Assembly (NCBI GenBank): GCA_964016885.1
Contig: OZ024747.1
Span: forward strand, 41,230,001 to 41,294,000
Reading direction: 5' to 3'
Source: Eledone cirrhosa
Taxonomy: Eukaryota
Length of the DNA: 64,000 nt
In this document: positions 62,245 through 64,000 of the stretch, in pieces
Numbering within the stretch: the stretch's first letter is position 1
Layout of the letters: each line of letters begins with the position of its first letter
Position numbers and translations under genes: made by a program
The notes under the pieces: model-generated
The model's input: the letters and a program-made list of their open reading frames with translations, nothing else
Told to the model about the DNA's origin: nothing
Database searches by the model: none

Positions 62245-62740
62245 ATAATTTGGGAGGGTCATGTTGCCAATGAGAAACACACGCACCAGTTGCTTTCACT
62301 TCAATTTATTATATATTTATAAATTTATAAATTTATAAATTTCTGGTTGGTTGGTTCCACAACCAGATAGTTGTTTATATATAGTCATAGATCTTTCGTC
62401 ACACACTCTGTGACCTCTTCAGTGACTGGGGATTCCTTTCTTTGTTTCTGTGCCTCTCCTTTGTTCTGTCCTACGCCATTTTGTTTCTGTGTGTGTGGTG
62501 TGTGCTCAGTCTGCGCATGCGCCACATCCGGGTGTCTGTGTGTGTTTATGTTCATTTATTTATTTGTTTATTTATATGTTACTGGTTGGTTGTTTGTTCT
62601 ATGTGTGTGTGTGTTTTCATTTTGTCCTTAATTGTAAGTTGTGATGTTGCTGTTCCACTCATAATTTCTATTTAATTTTGGTTGTAATTCTTTTATGTTT
62701 TCAACACACGATTTCAGATAAAGAATCTTGCTAAACAAAT
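62241..62740 (-). mobile_element. PLE 3' end and terminal repeat (family of 55200-57110)
   Basis: Reverse complement similar to 56660-57110; short partial tandem copy at 62770-62820. Confidence 0.82.
62384..62426 (-). ncRNA. Minimal hammerhead motif, intact
   Basis: GTCA-CTGAAGA-G-GTCACA-GAGTG-TGTGAC-GAA-AGATCT-A-TGAC; palindromic stem III. Confidence 0.78.
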
Positions 62741-62855
62741 TCAGAAACGAAATATATATATATATATATATTGTTATGCTTTGGGAGGGTCATGTTGCCA
62801 ATAAGAAATTCAGAAACGAAATATATATATATATATATATAATATATATTATATA

Positions 62856-62893
<38 letters not shown>

Positions 62894-62916
62894 TAATATA
62901 TATATATATAATATAT

Positions 62917-64000
62917 ATCATCATCATCATCATTCGTCGACTACTGTCGAGATGATGGATCTCACTCTCATGCCCCAGAATTCCCTGTCCCCCATCGCTG
63001 CCCCCAGGTCCCGTCTACTGATTCCCGTATCCCTAGAGATAACGTCAGGGAATGACAGCTTCCTACTCCTAGTCAGGCTGGAGTCAGGGTTCCAGAACAA
63101 GAGAGAGGATATGATTTCATTGCTGGCACGGTGACAGTGGCCAGCAAATTGAGCTCTCCGGGATTTTAGAAGGGCAGAGGCTCGAGGGAGTTTGCCATAG
63201 ATTTTAGACAAGGTGGGATGTCGTTTCCAGGATAGGTTTTGCACTCTCCTTAAGAGGCGGGTATATGTGCCATCCAATCTCCTCTCAAGTTGTGATGTTA
63301 GTGTCCAAGTTTCGGATCCATAAAATAATATGGGCTTAATGGTTGCTTGGAATATTTCCAGTTTTAGCTTGTTAGTAAGTTGAGATGTCCATATGGCGTG
63401 CATGTCATTGCACGCTGACCATGCCATACCCTTCCTGGTTAGAAAATCTTTTTTGGAGGAGGAGATATATGAGCCAAGATACTTGTAATCTTCCACCTGC
63501 TTAAGGGTGGTACTATTAAGGGTTCTGATGGGGTAGTTTGGGCTGTTTGCGCATCTGTTCACATACTCAGTCTTGGATTCGTTGAGGTACAGTCCAACAC
63601 AGTTGGACGCTTGCTCTAATGACTTCAAAAGACTCTTAGCATTTTCCAGTGACCGACTGATCAATGCGATGTCGTCAGCACAGCAAAGTCGGTGTCGGTC
63701 AAGTATTTTGCTGGGTAGCGTGAGCTTCTCCAAGGCTGTAGTTGGTATCCCCTATCCTGAATCCCATCCACAGACATGCGCAAAACATAATCCACAACAA
63801 TAATAAATAGATACGGAGCAAGGGTATCGCCCTGTAAAATTCCAGCGAGGATTCAGAAAGGTGGTGTTTCCCCATCTGGGGTCAGGACAGTTGATTTGGT
63901 ATCTGTATACATTACACGTATGGCCGCGATGATTTTATCAGGAATCCCATAGAGTTGTAGAATTTCAAACATTCCCGACCTGTCAACTGAGTCGAAGGCT
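62917..64000 (-). mobile_element. RTE-X-like LINE, continuing past the window edge
   Basis: AFDSVDR, RYPAKYLTDTDF/ADD (5-bp CAGCA duplication causes a frameshift), YKYLGSYI, FYGSETW, LDGTYTRLLR, FAGHCHR; (ATG)n tail. Confidence 0.9.

Overview
AT-rich, repeat-saturated eukaryotic DNA. The long degenerate (TA)n arrays and the SINE types suggest an invertebrate, probably a cephalopod (inference only). No host protein-coding gene can be supported, and most ORF-track entries are microsatellite translations. The window is a nested retroelement hotspot built on (TA)n arrays. It holds about a dozen Penelope-like element (PLE) fragments (RT plus C-terminal GIY-YIG; mostly a CxC-x5-CP-x4-C type resembling the Hydra clade, plus two CCHH types), two CR1/L2-group LINEs, RTE and RTE-X LINEs, tRNA-derived SINEs with TSDs, and three Helitron derivatives, one with a spliced STPR-repeat N-terminus. 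By eye I find about 25 type I hammerhead ribozyme (HHR) motifs in PLE terminal repeats, many with covarying palindromic stem III and some with 50-95 nt stem II inserts. The most striking signal is a non-coding ~500-530 nt retrozyme-like repeat family (6648-7357, 9957-10755). All hammerhead core strands are present in it, but in a NON-circularly permuted order, with compensatory changes between two subfamilies and a textbook kink-turn in stem III. All RNA structures were folded by eye and none has been tested.
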